From IMG/VR virus record IMGVR_UViG_3300046477_000491, positions 12,754-76,753 of that record: a DNA stretch of 64,000 nucleotides; one strand, given 5' to 3'. This DNA comes from a virus. The translations under genes and the position numbers were made by a program. This document shows positions 10,158 through 20,198 of the stretch, one piece after another. Each line of letters begins with the position of its first letter. Within the stretch, counting starts at the first letter, position 1. Below the pieces are notes generated by a model. The model worked only from the letters and a program-made list of their open reading frames with translations. It was not told the DNA's origin and did no database searches.

Positions 10158-11537
10158 CTAAGAGAGACCGGCCCAGACAGTTCCGTTCGCCACGTTGGTA
10201 ATGCTGCCCAGTGTGACCGCCCCGGGAAGTGAGGAAAGGCTGGAGCCGTAAGCGCCGAATCGGTAGGCGGAAGCCGTCAGGTTCACGTTGGCCATACCGA
10301 GAATCGCGTTGGTTCCTCGGGCCACCGTCGGCATGGTCGTCCCGGCCGACACCAGGAAGGCCACCCAGTACCAGCCTGGGGCTAGGGAATGGGAGATCCC
10401 CATCGCGGCCGACTTCACGCCGGTCGACGTCATCGCCGTGGACTGGTCCGGGCTCTGGTCGATGAGCACGCCGGAGGAGTTGTACAGGCCCACGTAGGTG
10501 CCGGACAGTCCTGCACCGACGTTGGTGACCGCGTACCAGAAGGTGCTGACCGACTTCGTGGTGCGGATGAACACCTTGGACAGCGCGAGGGCGCCAGAGG
10601 ACAGGGCCACGCCGGACGGGTTGGCCGTGGCCGGGTCGTGCGTCCAGGTGACGAGGCCGTGGTCGGCGGGCACCGCGAAGTTGGCGTTGGTGAGGTCGAG
10701 CGCGGAGACATCGGCAGCGTTCAGCGTGATGCTCGTGCCGCTCTTGCCGTTGACCGTGGTCGGCGTTCCCTGCGCACCGGTATCTCCCTTGGGCCCTTGA
10801 GGGCCGGGCACGGTGGAGTCAGCACCGGCCGGACCGGTGGCGCCCTGCGGCCCCTGTGGACCCGCGCCGCCCTGCACACCCTGGGGGCCGGTGGCACCTG
10901 TGTCGCCCTTCGGGCCCTGCGGACCGGCCGGGCCGGGCACGGTGGAGTCGGCGCCAGCAGGACCAGCGGGACCAGGCACGGTGGAGTCAGCACCGGCAGG
11001 ACCCTGTGGACCAGCAGGACCAGCAGGACCAGCAGGACCGGGGTCACCCTGGTCGCCCTTGGGGCCTGCTGCGGCCTGGGGGATGTTGATGGTGCCCATG
11101 GATGAGGGCACCTCGACGAGGGCGGCCAGGGACACCGAAGGCACGGCGTACGGCAGCGCGACGCTGTAGGGCCGCACGGTCTGCCCGGCCACGACACCAG
11201 AGACCTTGTAGGTGAAGTTCTTCGGGGACAGCGCCGCGTTGTCGGTGGCAATCAGAGGCACGGAGACCTGGCCGTTGACCAACTCGAACGTCTGGCGGCG
11301 CAGCCGGATCGTCGTACCCGAGACGGGGTCGACGAGGCTGTCTATGGAGGGGTCGAAGATGAACCGGCCCGTGGCGGGCTTACCTCGGTCGTCAAGGAAG
11401 GTTCCGGTGACGGTGACCGTCAGGACGGAGGACGGAAGCGTGGGCACAGACGGGTCCGTGCTGCTGGTCACGGTGGAGGGCTGCTGGGATGTCCAGCCCG
11501 GGGAATTCCACTCGTCGCCGTAGTAATCGTCGGCCAT
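10158..11537 (-). CDS. Collagen-like (GXY repeat) fibre protein
   Basis: Long [17 protein letters not shown] run between beta-rich N- and C-terminal domains; start placed at MADDYY. Confidence 0.8.
   Translation of the reverse strand: MADDYYGDEWNSPGWTSQQPSTVTSSTDPSVPTLPSSVLTVTVTGTFLDDRGKPATGRFIFDPSIDSLVDPVSGTTIRLRRQTFELVNGQVSVPLIATDNAALSPKNFTYKVSGVVAGQTVRPYSVALPYAVPSVSLAALVEVPSSMGTINIPQAAAGPKGDQGDPGPAGPAGPAGPQGPAGADSTVPGPAGPAGADSTVPGPAGPQGPKGDTGATGPQGVQGGAGPQGPQGATGPAGADSTVPGPQGPKGDTGAQGTPTTVNGKSGTSITLNAADVSALDLTNANFAVPADHGLVTWTHDPATANPSGVALSSGALALSKVFIRTTKSVSTFWYAVTNVGAGLSGTYVGLYNSSGVLIDQSPDQSTAMTSTGVKSAAMGISHSLAPGWYWVAFLVSAGTTMPTVARGTNAILGMANVNLTASAYRFGAYGSSLSSLPGAVTLGSITNVANGTVWAGLS
10770..11066 (-). 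repeat. Collagen GXY coding repeats including three GADSTVPGP units
   Basis: ggcacggtggagtc recurs three times; ccagcagga tandem units. Confidence 0.85.
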
Positions 11538-11545
11538 GCTATTCC

Positions 11546-13135
11546 TTAGCGCTGGAAGGGAGAATTGGAAACTTCGACCTCGGGCATCGTGTAGTCCTTG
11601 GTGAGGACACAAGCGAGTGCCAGGGAGTCCGCGTAGTCGTCGTGTGCGTCAGCCGCGCGCGGGGCTTCTGCCAGGACGTACGGGCCTTCGAATTTCTTCT
11701 CCAAGTCTTCCATCTGCTGACGGAAACGCTTGTAACTCTTGAGGCGCCGGGTGTAAGCGTGAGCGGGCCAGGAGATGTGTCCCCGGTCCATCAGTTCCAT
11801 GAGGTGCTTCCAGCGCTTGGACTGCTCGGGGCGCTGGGAATTCAAGGGGACGATGTCGATGTGTGGCAGGAGGACCTTGAGCCGGGATATGACGACGTCA
11901 CCGACTCCGCCCTCGTCGACCCCGATCGCCATCACGTTGTAGTTCGAGACGAATTCCACGATCCGGTAGTACTGGGCCTCCCAGTCCATGCCTGCGAGGT
12001 CGAGCCAGTTCAGGATCCGGTGCTCGAAGTAGCCGTACTCGTCGGGCTGCTCCCAGCGGACCCAGACGGCCGTGACGATCGTGCTGTCCTGCTTGCGGGC
12101 TGGGTCGATGCCGATGACGATCGGGCTGGCATGGTAGGCCGGGACGATCTGCATGGAGGTGTCGCCGAGGTCGTCCAGCCGCTCGGAGGTCGTGAACATG
12201 CCCTTGTCGAGCAGCCAGATGAGGCGGTAGGACAACTTGAATTCGTCGGAGTCCTCACCGATGCGCAGGAGTTCCTTCTTGACGAATTTCCGGTAGTAGT
12301 CGGACCACTTCGAGACCTCTTTCCAGTCGGCGTCGAAATGGTTCTGCCGGGCTCCCCTGCGAGTGGCGGTCCTCCGGTTGATCTGAATCTGGTTGTAAAA
12401 CACCCCCTTCTCATAGGTGGGTGTGCCGGTGAATACCATCGTGGCATTCGTCGAGGCGCCCATCGGGCCGATCGACTTGTTGACCATCTTGGCGTCGGCG
12501 CCCTGGCACTCGTCGATAAGGATCAGGTGGTAGGTGCGGCCTTCGATGGTGGCGCGGGGGTGACAGGTCTGCTTTCGCACGAGACTGCCGGAGCGCTTGA
12601 GGGTAATGGAGCGGCCCTTGCCCTGCACGGTCTCGTCGATTTCCGGGTCCGCCATGATTTCCAGGGCATGTTCACTGGTGAGGCGGGCCACGATACGGCC
12701 GTACAAGTTATCCGCCTGCTCTTCGACAGGCGCAAAAGCGCCGACCCAGAGCCCTTCCTTGAACTTGCCCAGGAGGTCGGGGAAGATCTTCGCCAGCCGG
12801 GGCAGCATGATCATGCAGGCGGCGACGCAGTTGGCCACGGTCTCGCTCTTGCCGGACTGGCGGGAGAACAGCGCGGTGATGGTGGCGCCGTCGTCGATGA
12901 TCAGCGACTCGATCAGACGGGCCGCGAAGGGGCGCTGGTAGGGGCGCAGCGGGTGGCCGGAGACCTCATCGACGATGACGAGGAGTTTGGCGACCAGTTC
13001 GTCCACGAACTGCTGGCTGGTCTGGTCGAGGACCACCTCGGTGTCGAGCCGGGCCTGGTGTTCCGCCTCGGTCTCGTCACTGATCGCGTCCTCGGACTCG
13101 ATTTCCTCCGTAACAGCAGACACGCCTAACCCCAA
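11546..13135 (-). CDS. Terminase large subunit
   Basis: LRPYQ, Walker A SRQSGKS, Walker B LILIDE, GTP coupling motif, IGIDPA nuclease motif and HDDYADS. Confidence 0.95.
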   Translation of the reverse strand: MGLGVSAVTEEIESEDAISDETEAEHQARLDTEVVLDQTSQQFVDELVAKLLVIVDEVSGHPLRPYQRPFAARLIESLIIDDGATITALFSRQSGKSETVANCVAACMIMLPRLAKIFPDLLGKFKEGLWVGAFAPVEEQADNLYGRIVARLTSEHALEIMADPEIDETVQGKGRSITLKRSGSLVRKQTCHPRATIEGRTYHLILIDECQGADAKMVNKSIGPMGASTNATMVFTGTPTYEKGVFYNQIQINRRTATRRGARQNHFDADWKEVSKWSDYYRKFVKKELLRIGEDSDEFKLSYRLIWLLDKGMFTTSERLDDLGDTSMQIVPAYHASPIVIGIDPARKQDSTIVTAVWVRWEQPDEYGYFEHRILNWLDLAGMDWEAQYYRIVEFVSNYNVMAIGVDEGGVGDVVISRLKVLLPHIDIVPLNSQRPEQSKRWKHLMELMDRGHISWPAHAYTRRLKSYKRFRQQMEDLEKKFEGPYVLAEAPRAADAHDDYADSLALACVLTKDYTMPEVEVSNSPFQR

Positions 13136-13206
13136 TCCGTTTACATTACGGATTCGAGATTAGGCGTTTCTGTCTACGGCTTTGTAATTATGGCTTGACA
13201 AGAGGT

Positions 13207-13479
13207 TCAGGGGTTCTTGCGGATGTCCCGCTTGCTCACGATCTGCTGGGCCCGCTGCCGGGTGAACCCGAACATCTCGCCGAGGCGGTCGAAGGTGTAG
13301 CGGCCCTTGTAGTAGACGGCCTCGACGAGGGCGTCACGCCCCTCCGTGGACACCGCCGGGTAGTCGTTGTAGCAGCGCTCGTCGCAGTACACCGCCGCAT
13401 CCTTCTTGCCGACGCCGACCGTCCTGCGGCAGCCCCGGCAGCGGATCGCGACCAGTTCGGGATCAGTCATCGTCGCCAC
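13207..13479 (-). CDS. Zn-finger plus sigma-r4-like HTH protein
   Basis: CRGC...YCDERC followed by TFDRLGEMFGFTRQRAQQIV. Confidence 0.7.
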   Translation of the reverse strand: MATMTDPELVAIRCRGCRRTVGVGKKDAAVYCDERCYNDYPAVSTEGRDALVEAVYYKGRYTFDRLGEMFGFTRQRAQQIVSKRDIRKNP

Positions 13480-13747
13480 CCTCCGCCCGCTCGAACTCCA
13501 TCGACTGGTCCTGGTCGAGTCCCGGCTCGTAGCCGAGGTCCTGATAGGCGTCGTCCAGGCCCGCCATGATCTCGGGGAAGTGCTCCTGGGGGAAGGTCAC
13601 ACCACGGCCGTACGCGTCGAGGGAGGGGATGAACTCGCGGACGTCCACAAACGTGCCGTCCCCCGGGGTGTCCACGGTGGAGACGTGCAACTCCTTGTCG
13701 AACACAAGCGGCACACGCTTGAACACCTTCCGGGCTTCGTCAGCCAT
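13463..13747 (-). CDS. PC4-like ssDNA-binding protein
   Basis: LHVS...FVDVREF...GRGVTF pattern. Confidence 0.55.
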   Translation of the reverse strand: MADEARKVFKRVPLVFDKELHVSTVDTPGDGTFVDVREFIPSLDAYGRGVTFPQEHFPEIMAGLDDAYQDLGYEPGLDQDQSMEFERAEGGDDD

Positions 13748-13864
13748 GACCGCACTCCTGTCGATAGTCCATCCTGACCTTCGAGGCTACACCTCTGCAA
13801 GCAGTCTCGACAAGTCGCTTGACGAGCGAGTAGAGTGAAGACCCACGACAGTAGGAGACACACC

Positions 13865-14083
13865 ATGGGCATGTACCCGATGCGCGACCCGGAGAAGTGC
13901 CCGAAGTGCGGCCGGAACCTTAAAGAGGACCCCAAGCCCGTACGCCCCTCTGTGCCCGGATTTCCGGACGATGTAGCGTTCGGCGAAGATCCGGCCTGTG
14001 GGGGGCGCTGGCACGTGTGGGACAGGACCTCTCCGCTGCGGAGCCAAGCACAACCGTATGTGGATGGAGCGACCCATGTCTGA
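13865..14083 (+). CDS. Small Zn-ribbon protein
   Basis: CPKCG...CGGRWH; RBS AGGAG. Confidence 0.55.
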   Translation: MGMYPMRDPEKCPKCGRNLKEDPKPVRPSVPGFPDDVAFGEDPACGGRWHVWDRTSPLRSQAQPYVDGATHV

Positions 14084-14357
14084 TGAGCAATTCCGCTACA
14101 ACAGCATCAACCACCAGGTCGGCAACGCCCTCAACCCGAACCCGCCCGAGGGCTACGACCCGACGATGGACGCCATGCAGCACCAGTTGATGCGTGAGCA
14201 GCACGACTTCTACATGCAGCAGCAGCAGTACGCGAACCACCAGCCCCAGGGAGACAGCCAGCCTGACTTCCTCGACCGGATATTCGGTCTCTGCATGCTG
14301 ATCTTCGTCCTCGGGTTCGTCGTCTACGCAGCGGTCGGCGCCGCTTTCGGCAACTAA
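14076..14357 (+). CDS. Small membrane protein
   Basis: C-terminal hydrophobic helix; overlaps the upstream stop. Confidence 0.6.
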   Translation: MSDEQFRYNSINHQVGNALNPNPPEGYDPTMDAMQHQLMREQHDFYMQQQQYANHQPQGDSQPDFLDRIFGLCMLIFVLGFVVYAAVGAAFGN

Positions 14358-14377
14358 CCTGCGAGACTCCGCACAGA

Positions 14378-14416
14378 GAAGCCCCCGACTGATTTTGGGG
14401 ATCAGTCGGGGGCTTC
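14378..14416. terminator. Hairpin terminator between convergent genes
   Basis: GAAGCCCCCGACTGAT / ATCAGTCGGGGGCTTC 16-bp stem. Confidence 0.8.
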
Positions 14417-14422
14417 GTCGTA

Positions 14423-15496
14423 TCACCGTGCCTGGCGCAGCGGCACGACGTTGTGCTGGGAGACCATCGAGGTCAGGAACGGCTGGCCCTTCATCGTCTC
14501 GTCCCGACGCCTGCGCTCCGAGGACAGGCCCAGGTACCGCTCCGTGGTCGCCATGGACGAGTGATGCAGCAGCGCCGAGACCGTACGGAGCGCGGCGTCG
14601 TAGCCGGACTCCTCCGACAGCTTGTCGAAGTACGCACGCGCCACGGCCCGGCGCACCGTGTGCGTCCCCTCATAGCGGGTCGGCAGGCCCAGCTTCTCCA
14701 AGGCCCCCTTCACGATCTTCTCCGTCCGCTCGACCGGCCGGTCCGGGTGCCACACGTACGGGGTCCGCTCGTACACCCGCCGCCCCAGGTCCTCGTCGAA
14801 GTAGTGCGTCTTGATCTGGTTGCCCGACCGCGAGGGGAAGAGGTAGTCGTCCGGCCGCAGCGGACGCCCGAGCAGTGCCGCGTACTCCTCGAACCAGATG
14901 CGCAGCTCCCGCTCCAGGTCGGCGGTCAGCGGCATCTCGTCCTCCTCCTTCGTCTTGATCACGGTCACGAAGACCTCACTCTGCGCGAAGTCGACGTCCC
15001 CGACCTTCAGGGCTTGCAGCTCGCTCGCGCGGCACGCGGTGTTCACGGCCGCCGCCAGGTACGCCCGGTGCATCGCGCACTCGGCCTGGTCCAGGAGCTG
15101 GAGGAGGATCCCCGGGGCGGGCTGCATCCGCTTGCGCAGCGGCTCGGGCAGCGGCTCGACCAGGGAGAGGTAGTTGTCCAGCGGGGCGTGTCCGTTGGCG
15201 CGGGCGTAGGCGAAGAACACCTTCAGGCGCTTGCGGTAGTGGTTGTGTGTCGTCGGTCCGACGGCCGCGCGCAGGGCCTGGCCCTTGATGCGGGTGACGT
15301 GGATGTCCATGAGCCCGCCGTCGCCGTAGAAGAAGTCCCGGACGAGCTGCGGGGTGAGGTCGTCGAAGCTGGGGTTGCCGAGGTGGTCGGCGAAACGGGG
15401 CAGCAGGCTCTCGTCCGTACGCATGGTGTTGTCGGCCTTGGCCACGCGCCGGTTGTCCAGGTACTCGTCGATCGCGCTGCGCAGTGCGGTGGTCAC
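14423..15496 (-). CDS. Tyrosine recombinase/integrase
   Basis: Catalytic residues in CRASEL, K, HTVRR, LLHH and TTERY. Confidence 0.9.
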   Translation of the reverse strand: MTTALRSAIDEYLDNRRVAKADNTMRTDESLLPRFADHLGNPSFDDLTPQLVRDFFYGDGGLMDIHVTRIKGQALRAAVGPTTHNHYRKRLKVFFAYARANGHAPLDNYLSLVEPLPEPLRKRMQPAPGILLQLLDQAECAMHRAYLAAAVNTACRASELQALKVGDVDFAQSEVFVTVIKTKEEDEMPLTADLERELRIWFEEYAALLGRPLRPDDYLFPSRSGNQIKTHYFDEDLGRRVYERTPYVWHPDRPVERTEKIVKGALEKLGLPTRYEGTHTVRRAVARAYFDKLSEESGYDAALRTVSALLHHSSMATTERYLGLSSERRRRDETMKGQPFLTSMVSQHNVVPLRQAR

Positions 15497-15618
15497 GCTG
15501 CCTCCTGTTGCGGGGTGTCGCTGCGGACCTCAGCGTATCGACGTCAAGCGACCTTGGCAATCCCCTTCACAAGGTTCGAAGGTAGACGTAATCCGGAAGC
15601 CGTAGTAGCGTTCCTGGC

Positions 15619-15771
15619 ATGACGAACCTGACAACGCTTAATACCTCGGGCTCCAACGAGCCCCAGGTCACCGTGACCCTCACCAACAACCGGATGGAAG
15701 ACAGCCGCTGGAACCGGCTCCTCACCATCCTCTTCACCCCGCAGGACGAAGACGCGCCCGCAGCGAGCTAG
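15619..15771 (+). CDS. 50-aa ORF upstream of the serine recombinase (not in the ORF track)
   Basis: MTNLTTLNTSGSNEPQVTVTLTNNRMEDSRWNRLLTILFTPQDEDAPAAS; strong third-position C/G bias. Confidence 0.55.
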   Translation: MTNLTTLNTSGSNEPQVTVTLTNNRMEDSRWNRLLTILFTPQDEDAPAAS

Positions 15772-15894
15772 CACAACTCCCCCACACAAACGGGCCGTTC
15801 CCCATATACTGCGCTGATCAACAAGACGGGCCTGCCCACCGCGAGTCTAGGCGCGGGGACAGGCCCTTGATCAGTCTGTAAAGGAGACTGAGCC

Positions 15895-17991
15895 ATGGCC
15901 AGCATAGCGGCTGAACGCGCCCGCGCACGGGCTGACAAGGTCAACAGCGCCCGCCCCGGAACCCCCAACAGCTTCAAGTCCGCCACCGCGCTCGCACGCA
16001 TCGTCAAGCGAGTCGGCGCCTACCTCCGGGTGTCCACCAAGGACCAGGTCATCGGCTACGGCCTCGACGTCCAGCTCAAGGGCATCCAGGACCACGTCGA
16101 TGGCAAGAACGCCATCGAGCAGCGCAACGGCACCAACATCGTCTGGGAACTCGCCGAGATCTACGAGGACGCAGGCGAGTCCGGCGCCAAGCAGGACCGC
16201 CCCCAGATGATGCGCCTGGAGCGCGACGTCCGCGACAAGAAGATCGACGTCGTCGCCGTCCACAAGTTCGACCGCATCGGCCGCACCGGCCGCGCCTTCT
16301 GGCACTGGGTCTGGGCCCTCGAAGACGCCGGAACCTCGATCATCTCCACCACCCAGGAGATCGACACCACCACCACCCACGGCGTCACCGCCCTCCAGCA
16401 GCTCGCCTCCTTCTCCGAGATGGAATGGCGCACCATCCTGGAGCGCACCCAGAACGGCCTCAACATGAAGGCCGCAGCCGGAGGCTGGACCGGAGGCCCC
16501 CCGCCGTACGGCTACCGCATCGAGAACCAGGGCAAGCGCGACTCCAAGCTGGCCCTGGACCCCCAGGAGAGCCGCACCCTCGAACTCGCCGCCCAGCTCA
16601 TCGTCGAAGGCGGCTACACCGTCGACCGTGCCGCCCACATGCTCAACCTCATCGGCCGCCTCACCCGCAAGGGCGTGGCATGGACCGGCTCCAACCTGCG
16701 GCACAAATTCCGTAACACCGCCCTGGACGGATTCGTCGTCTACCGCAACACCGACGAGGTCGTCAACAAGCGCCGCAAGCGCGCCACCAAGATGAACCCC
16801 GACGGCTCCCCCAAGCACGGACCGATGATGATCATCGACACCCCGATGGTCTTCGACATCGACCGGCTCATGTCCATCCGTCACGCGCTCCGGCGAAACG
16901 GCGGCTGGACCCACTCCGGCAACTACAAGTACCACCCGCTCAGCACCCGCGTTATCGGCGAATGCGGCGCCCACTACACCGGGGTCCACGTAAAGATCGA
17001 GGACCGCCGCACCTACCGCTGCTCCGGCAAGAAGTGCGGCGACTCCGTTATCGACGCCGTCGCGCTGGAAGAGATCGTCTGGGACAGCCTGAAGAAGTTC
17101 CTCGGCGACAAGTCCAAGCTGCGGGAGATCGCCAAGGACTGGGTCACCACCGCGCCCGATCACCGGGAGATGTATGTCGCCCGTATCGACGAACTCGAAA
17201 AGGAGGTCGCGGGCCTTCTCGAACTCACCACGACGACGCTGGTGAATCTCGCAACGGCAGGAGTCGACGCGCGGGCGATCAATTCAGCCGTCGCGAAGAT
17301 CAACCAGGACATCAGCCTCAAGCAGACGATGCTCGATGACGCCCGGGACATGCTGTCGAAGTCCGAGGAGGCTGCACAGCGCGCGGAGGATTTCCAGCGG
17401 CTGGTCGAGATCGCCAGCTTCAACCTGGAGAACATCAACGACCGGCAGAAGTCCGAGATCATGGACCTGCTGGAGATCCAGGTGACGCTTATAGGGCCGG
17501 TTCCGCTGGAGCGTCGCTTTGGGCCGGGGTCAGAAATCGAAGCGTGGCACGTCGAGCGTGGGCGTATGCCGAAGGAACTCACGGACGAGCTGTGGGAGCA
17601 GATCAAGCCCAACATCCCGTTCCGGGTCACCAAGCGGAGCCTGGACCTTCGACTGCTCGTGGAGGGGCTGATCCACAAGGCGCGTACGGGCTGCCCCTGG
17701 GATGAGATGCCTGAGCGGTTCCCCGACAAGAACGCTCTGCGCTCCCGCTGGAGGGCCTGGAGGGGCGGGACGTGGGAGAGCTTCATGGAGCCGCTTCTGG
17801 AGGCCGTACCGGTCCGTCCACTGCGTCAGGCGCCGCTTCCGCCCATGCGGGTGACGGGGAACATCGACCCCCGTCTGGTCGAGTTCACGAACGGCAAGCT
17901 GACGAGCCAGGTTCCTCACTCTGGCGCACCGACATCCAGGGGATCGTTCACGTACATCATCAACGTGGCTGATCTGCGATTGGCCGTCTGA
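15895..17991 (+). CDS. Large serine recombinase with an inserted DUF4096-like (IS5 transposase N-terminal) domain
   Basis: AYLRVST, EDAGESGA, DRIGR, GGPPPYGY, Zn ribbon and coiled coil; C-terminal LTDELWEQI...ARTGCPWDEMPERF. Confidence 0.9.
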   Translation: MASIAAERARARADKVNSARPGTPNSFKSATALARIVKRVGAYLRVSTKDQVIGYGLDVQLKGIQDHVDGKNAIEQRNGTNIVWELAEIYEDAGESGAKQDRPQMMRLERDVRDKKIDVVAVHKFDRIGRTGRAFWHWVWALEDAGTSIISTTQEIDTTTTHGVTALQQLASFSEMEWRTILERTQNGLNMKAAAGGWTGGPPPYGYRIENQGKRDSKLALDPQESRTLELAAQLIVEGGYTVDRAAHMLNLIGRLTRKGVAWTGSNLRHKFRNTALDGFVVYRNTDEVVNKRRKRATKMNPDGSPKHGPMMIIDTPMVFDIDRLMSIRHALRRNGGWTHSGNYKYHPLSTRVIGECGAHYTGVHVKIEDRRTYRCSGKKCGDSVIDAVALEEIVWDSLKKFLGDKSKLREIAKDWVTTAPDHREMYVARIDELEKEVAGLLELTTTTLVNLATAGVDARAINSAVAKINQDISLKQTMLDDARDMLSKSEEAAQRAEDFQRLVEIASFNLENINDRQKSEIMDLLEIQVTLIGPVPLERRFGPGSEIEAWHVERGRMPKELTDELWEQIKPNIPFRVTKRSLDLRLLVEGLIHKARTGCPWDEMPERFPDKNALRSRWRAWRGGTWESFMEPLLEAVPVRPLRQAPLPPMRVTGNIDPRLVEFTNGKLTSQVPHSGAPTSRGSFTYIINVADLRLAV

Positions 17992-18005
17992 CCTGCGGAA
18001 ACGCT

Positions 18006-18038
18006 GAAGGCCCCTACCCGATCAGGGTGGGGGCCTTC
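18006..18038. terminator. Hairpin terminator
   Basis: GAAGGCCCC/GGGGCCTTC stem between convergent genes. Confidence 0.75.
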
Positions 18039-18039
18039 T

Positions 18040-18312
18040 TCATGCCTCCCGACGGGAGAGGACATCCAGCACGCCGAGCAGACTCTGGGCCCCTCGGCGG
18101 GCCTCCAGCAGACTCTCCGGCGTGGACTGCTTGCGGTAGTCGTCGAGCGCCTTCGCCAGGCCCGAGCCGACGCTGTCTGCCCAGTCCAGCACGTCGCCCG
18201 TGGGGAGCCGGTCCAGACGCTTGGCGACCTTCCCCCGGACCGGGTCGACCATCTCCTCCGAGGCGCCGTCAGCGCCCTGCCACAGTCCCTTCAGAACAGC
18301 CCAAGCGCGCAC
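18040..18312 (-). CDS. Hypothetical protein
   Basis: ORF track; codon bias. Confidence 0.55.
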   Translation of the reverse strand: MRAWAVLKGLWQGADGASEEMVDPVRGKVAKRLDRLPTGDVLDWADSVGSGLAKALDDYRKQSTPESLLEARRGAQSLLGVLDVLSRREA

Positions 18313-18393
18313 AGTGCCTCATACTCCTCGTCGGTGTCGTCCGTCTTCTGGGCCACGACCCTGCGGGCCGCCGCCTTCTCTTCCTCGGTGTTC

Positions 18394-18699
18394 TCAGGTG
18401 AGGAGGGCATCGTCGACCTCCGCGTCGAATCTGTGGGCGTGGTCGCGGATGTCGTCGGTCGACAGTGCGTTTCCGTATCCCTGGAGAGCGGTATAGAGAG
18501 CGTCGCTTTCCGAGCGCCAGGTGTGGCGCCAGCGGCCGAGGACGATTCCCTTGCCCGGCCATATCTTCAGGATCACGGAATTGGAGCGCCGATAGGGCGG
18601 CTCTATCTCGTCCGTGGGAGCGCGGTGGATAAGTGGCGTATGGGGGCGCAGGTTCACCGCGTGAACGAAGAAGGGCCCCACCCCATGTGTATTCGGCAT
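18394..18699 (-). CDS. Hypothetical protein
   Basis: ORF track. Confidence 0.55.
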   Translation of the reverse strand: MPNTHGVGPFFVHAVNLRPHTPLIHRAPTDEIEPPYRRSNSVILKIWPGKGIVLGRWRHTWRSESDALYTALQGYGNALSTDDIRDHAHRFDAEVDDALLT

Positions 18700-18738
18700 G
18701 GGAAGGAGCCTATTCTCCGGGCCGCCGGAAATGGTAAA

Positions 18739-19182
18739 TCAGTGATCGCCAGTGGGTTCGTCGAGATCGTGTTCCGGTGCGTAGGCGAAGTTGTTCAGCG
18801 TCCGGTTGATTGCGCGGCCGGGGCTCTTTACGCGCTTGAAGTTCCGCCAGACATTTGGCGGGACGTTGTAGTAGCCGTAGACCTGGCCATTCCTGAACCG
18901 TACCCGTAGCGTCTGAGAATCCTTGTCGTATCCAGCGGCAAGAGTTCTCGGGCGCGGCGGATTGATCGAGGGGGTCGGCTGGTATGGGAGGAGGTCCCCG
19001 TCGTCGCCGTCTTTCGCCAGTTGGATTGCGTCGGCGAGTTCCTGCGACATTATCCGGCGGGATCCCGGAGGGGCGCTGGGGGTTGTTCGGGGCGGTTCTG
19101 GGGTGGTCGGCATGGAGAACAGGCTGAGCTGTTCGAAGTCGCTGCCGCGCTTGTTCGGGCCGCGCGGTCCTCTGCGTGCCAC
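18739..19182 (-). CDS. KTSC domain protein
   Basis: AGYDKDSQTLRVRFRNGQVYGYYNVP...SPGRAIN. Confidence 0.85.
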   Translation of the reverse strand: MARRGPRGPNKRGSDFEQLSLFSMPTTPEPPRTTPSAPPGSRRIMSQELADAIQLAKDGDDGDLLPYQPTPSINPPRPRTLAAGYDKDSQTLRVRFRNGQVYGYYNVPPNVWRNFKRVKSPGRAINRTLNNFAYAPEHDLDEPTGDH

Positions 19183-19250
19183 TGTGTCTCCTTAAACGCA
19201 GCCGCCCCTGCCCCGGTGAAGGGAAGCAGGGGCGTGTGAGGCTGCTTGGG

Positions 19251-19661
19251 TCAGGCCGGGACGTTGTCGACCGTGGAGGCCACCGCTGGGGCGTTCTCGG
19301 CACCGGGAGCGGTCGCGGTGCCCGCGTTGCGGGTGCCCTCGTAGACACCGGTACCGGCGAGGCGGTCGTCGCCCTCCGGGCCACCCGGGTGCTTCGCAGC
19401 CTCCTCCGGGCTCAGCACGACGAGACCGGCGTTGTGAGTGGCCGGGTCGACGCCGATGGCGCGCTGGGCGGCCGGGTCGGGCAACTGGGCCGGGACGAAG
19501 ACCTGGCCGGGGATGGCGTCCACGTTCTCGTACTTGGTGCCGTGCTGAACGGTCCAGCCGAGGTTGGGGTGGTCCCAGTCCGAGGAGCGGCCGGGGACGA
19601 CCGCCGGGATCGCGGCCGGGGTCTCGCCGACGGGGGCCTCGGTGTTCTTTGGAGAAGGCAC
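19251..19661 (-). CDS. Hypothetical low-complexity protein
   Basis: RBS AGAGGA; codon bias. Confidence 0.6.
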   Translation of the reverse strand: MPSPKNTEAPVGETPAAIPAVVPGRSSDWDHPNLGWTVQHGTKYENVDAIPGQVFVPAQLPDPAAQRAIGVDPATHNAGLVVLSPEEAAKHPGGPEGDDRLAGTGVYEGTRNAGTATAPGAENAPAVASTVDNVPA

Positions 19662-19822
19662 TGTTTTCCTCTTTCGCAGGTTTACCGGTTCTGCTGGACG
19701 GTCCAGCCCGGTTCCTGCACCGGACCCTCTTCGTCCTCTTCAAGATTATGAGGGCAGTCAGTCCCTGAATAGACATGCTGGCCGTCTACGAATACGCAGC
19801 GGGATGTGTACATGTGGGTCTC

Positions 19823-20011
19823 CTACAGGGAACTGCCTGCCTCGGTATTTGAGCCTAGCGGCATTCCGGCCGGAGTTTCCCATGGCTGCATTCCGGCGAA
19901 CTGGTCGGCGGAGAGTAGGGACTGCCGGAGGGGGCTGCCGCCCACGGTGAAGGCGTAGCCGCCTGCATAGGCATCACCGGTGGCGGGGATGGGTTCAGGC
20001 GCCTTGCGCAT
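19823..20011 (-). CDS. Hypothetical protein
   Basis: RBS GGAGGAG. Confidence 0.45.
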   Translation of the reverse strand: MRKAPEPIPATGDAYAGGYAFTVGGSPLRQSLLSADQFAGMQPWETPAGMPLGSNTEAGSSL

Positions 20012-20198
20012 GGTTCTCCTCCCGGGCCTGGGCGAAGCCGGTGCGCAGCCGTACGAGGCGCACCCTGGTGGTGCGCAGTCGGCTCATGTGCTCAGGGGTC
20101 GAGCCGACGACCTTGACCACTTCGTCTATGCAGCGGTCTACGAGGTCTTCGAGGTCGGCGATGTCATCGCGTCTCGTCTGGGGCAGCAGGGGCATCAC
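19995..20198 (-). CDS. Hypothetical protein
   Basis: Coupled to the upstream membrane-protein gene. Confidence 0.55.
   Translation of the reverse strand: MMPLLPQTRRDDIADLEDLVDRCIDEVVKVVGSTPEHMSRLRTTRVRLVRLRTGFAQAREENHAQGA

Noticed and set aside
10770-11066. CRISPR-like or VNTR array
   Set aside because: The repeats are in-frame collagen GXY codons; no repeat-spacer array or cas gene was seen anywhere in the window.
17578-17991. IS5-family insertion sequence
   Set aside because: Only the N-terminal domain is present, in frame within the recombinase; no DDE domain, terminal inverted repeats or target duplication were seen.
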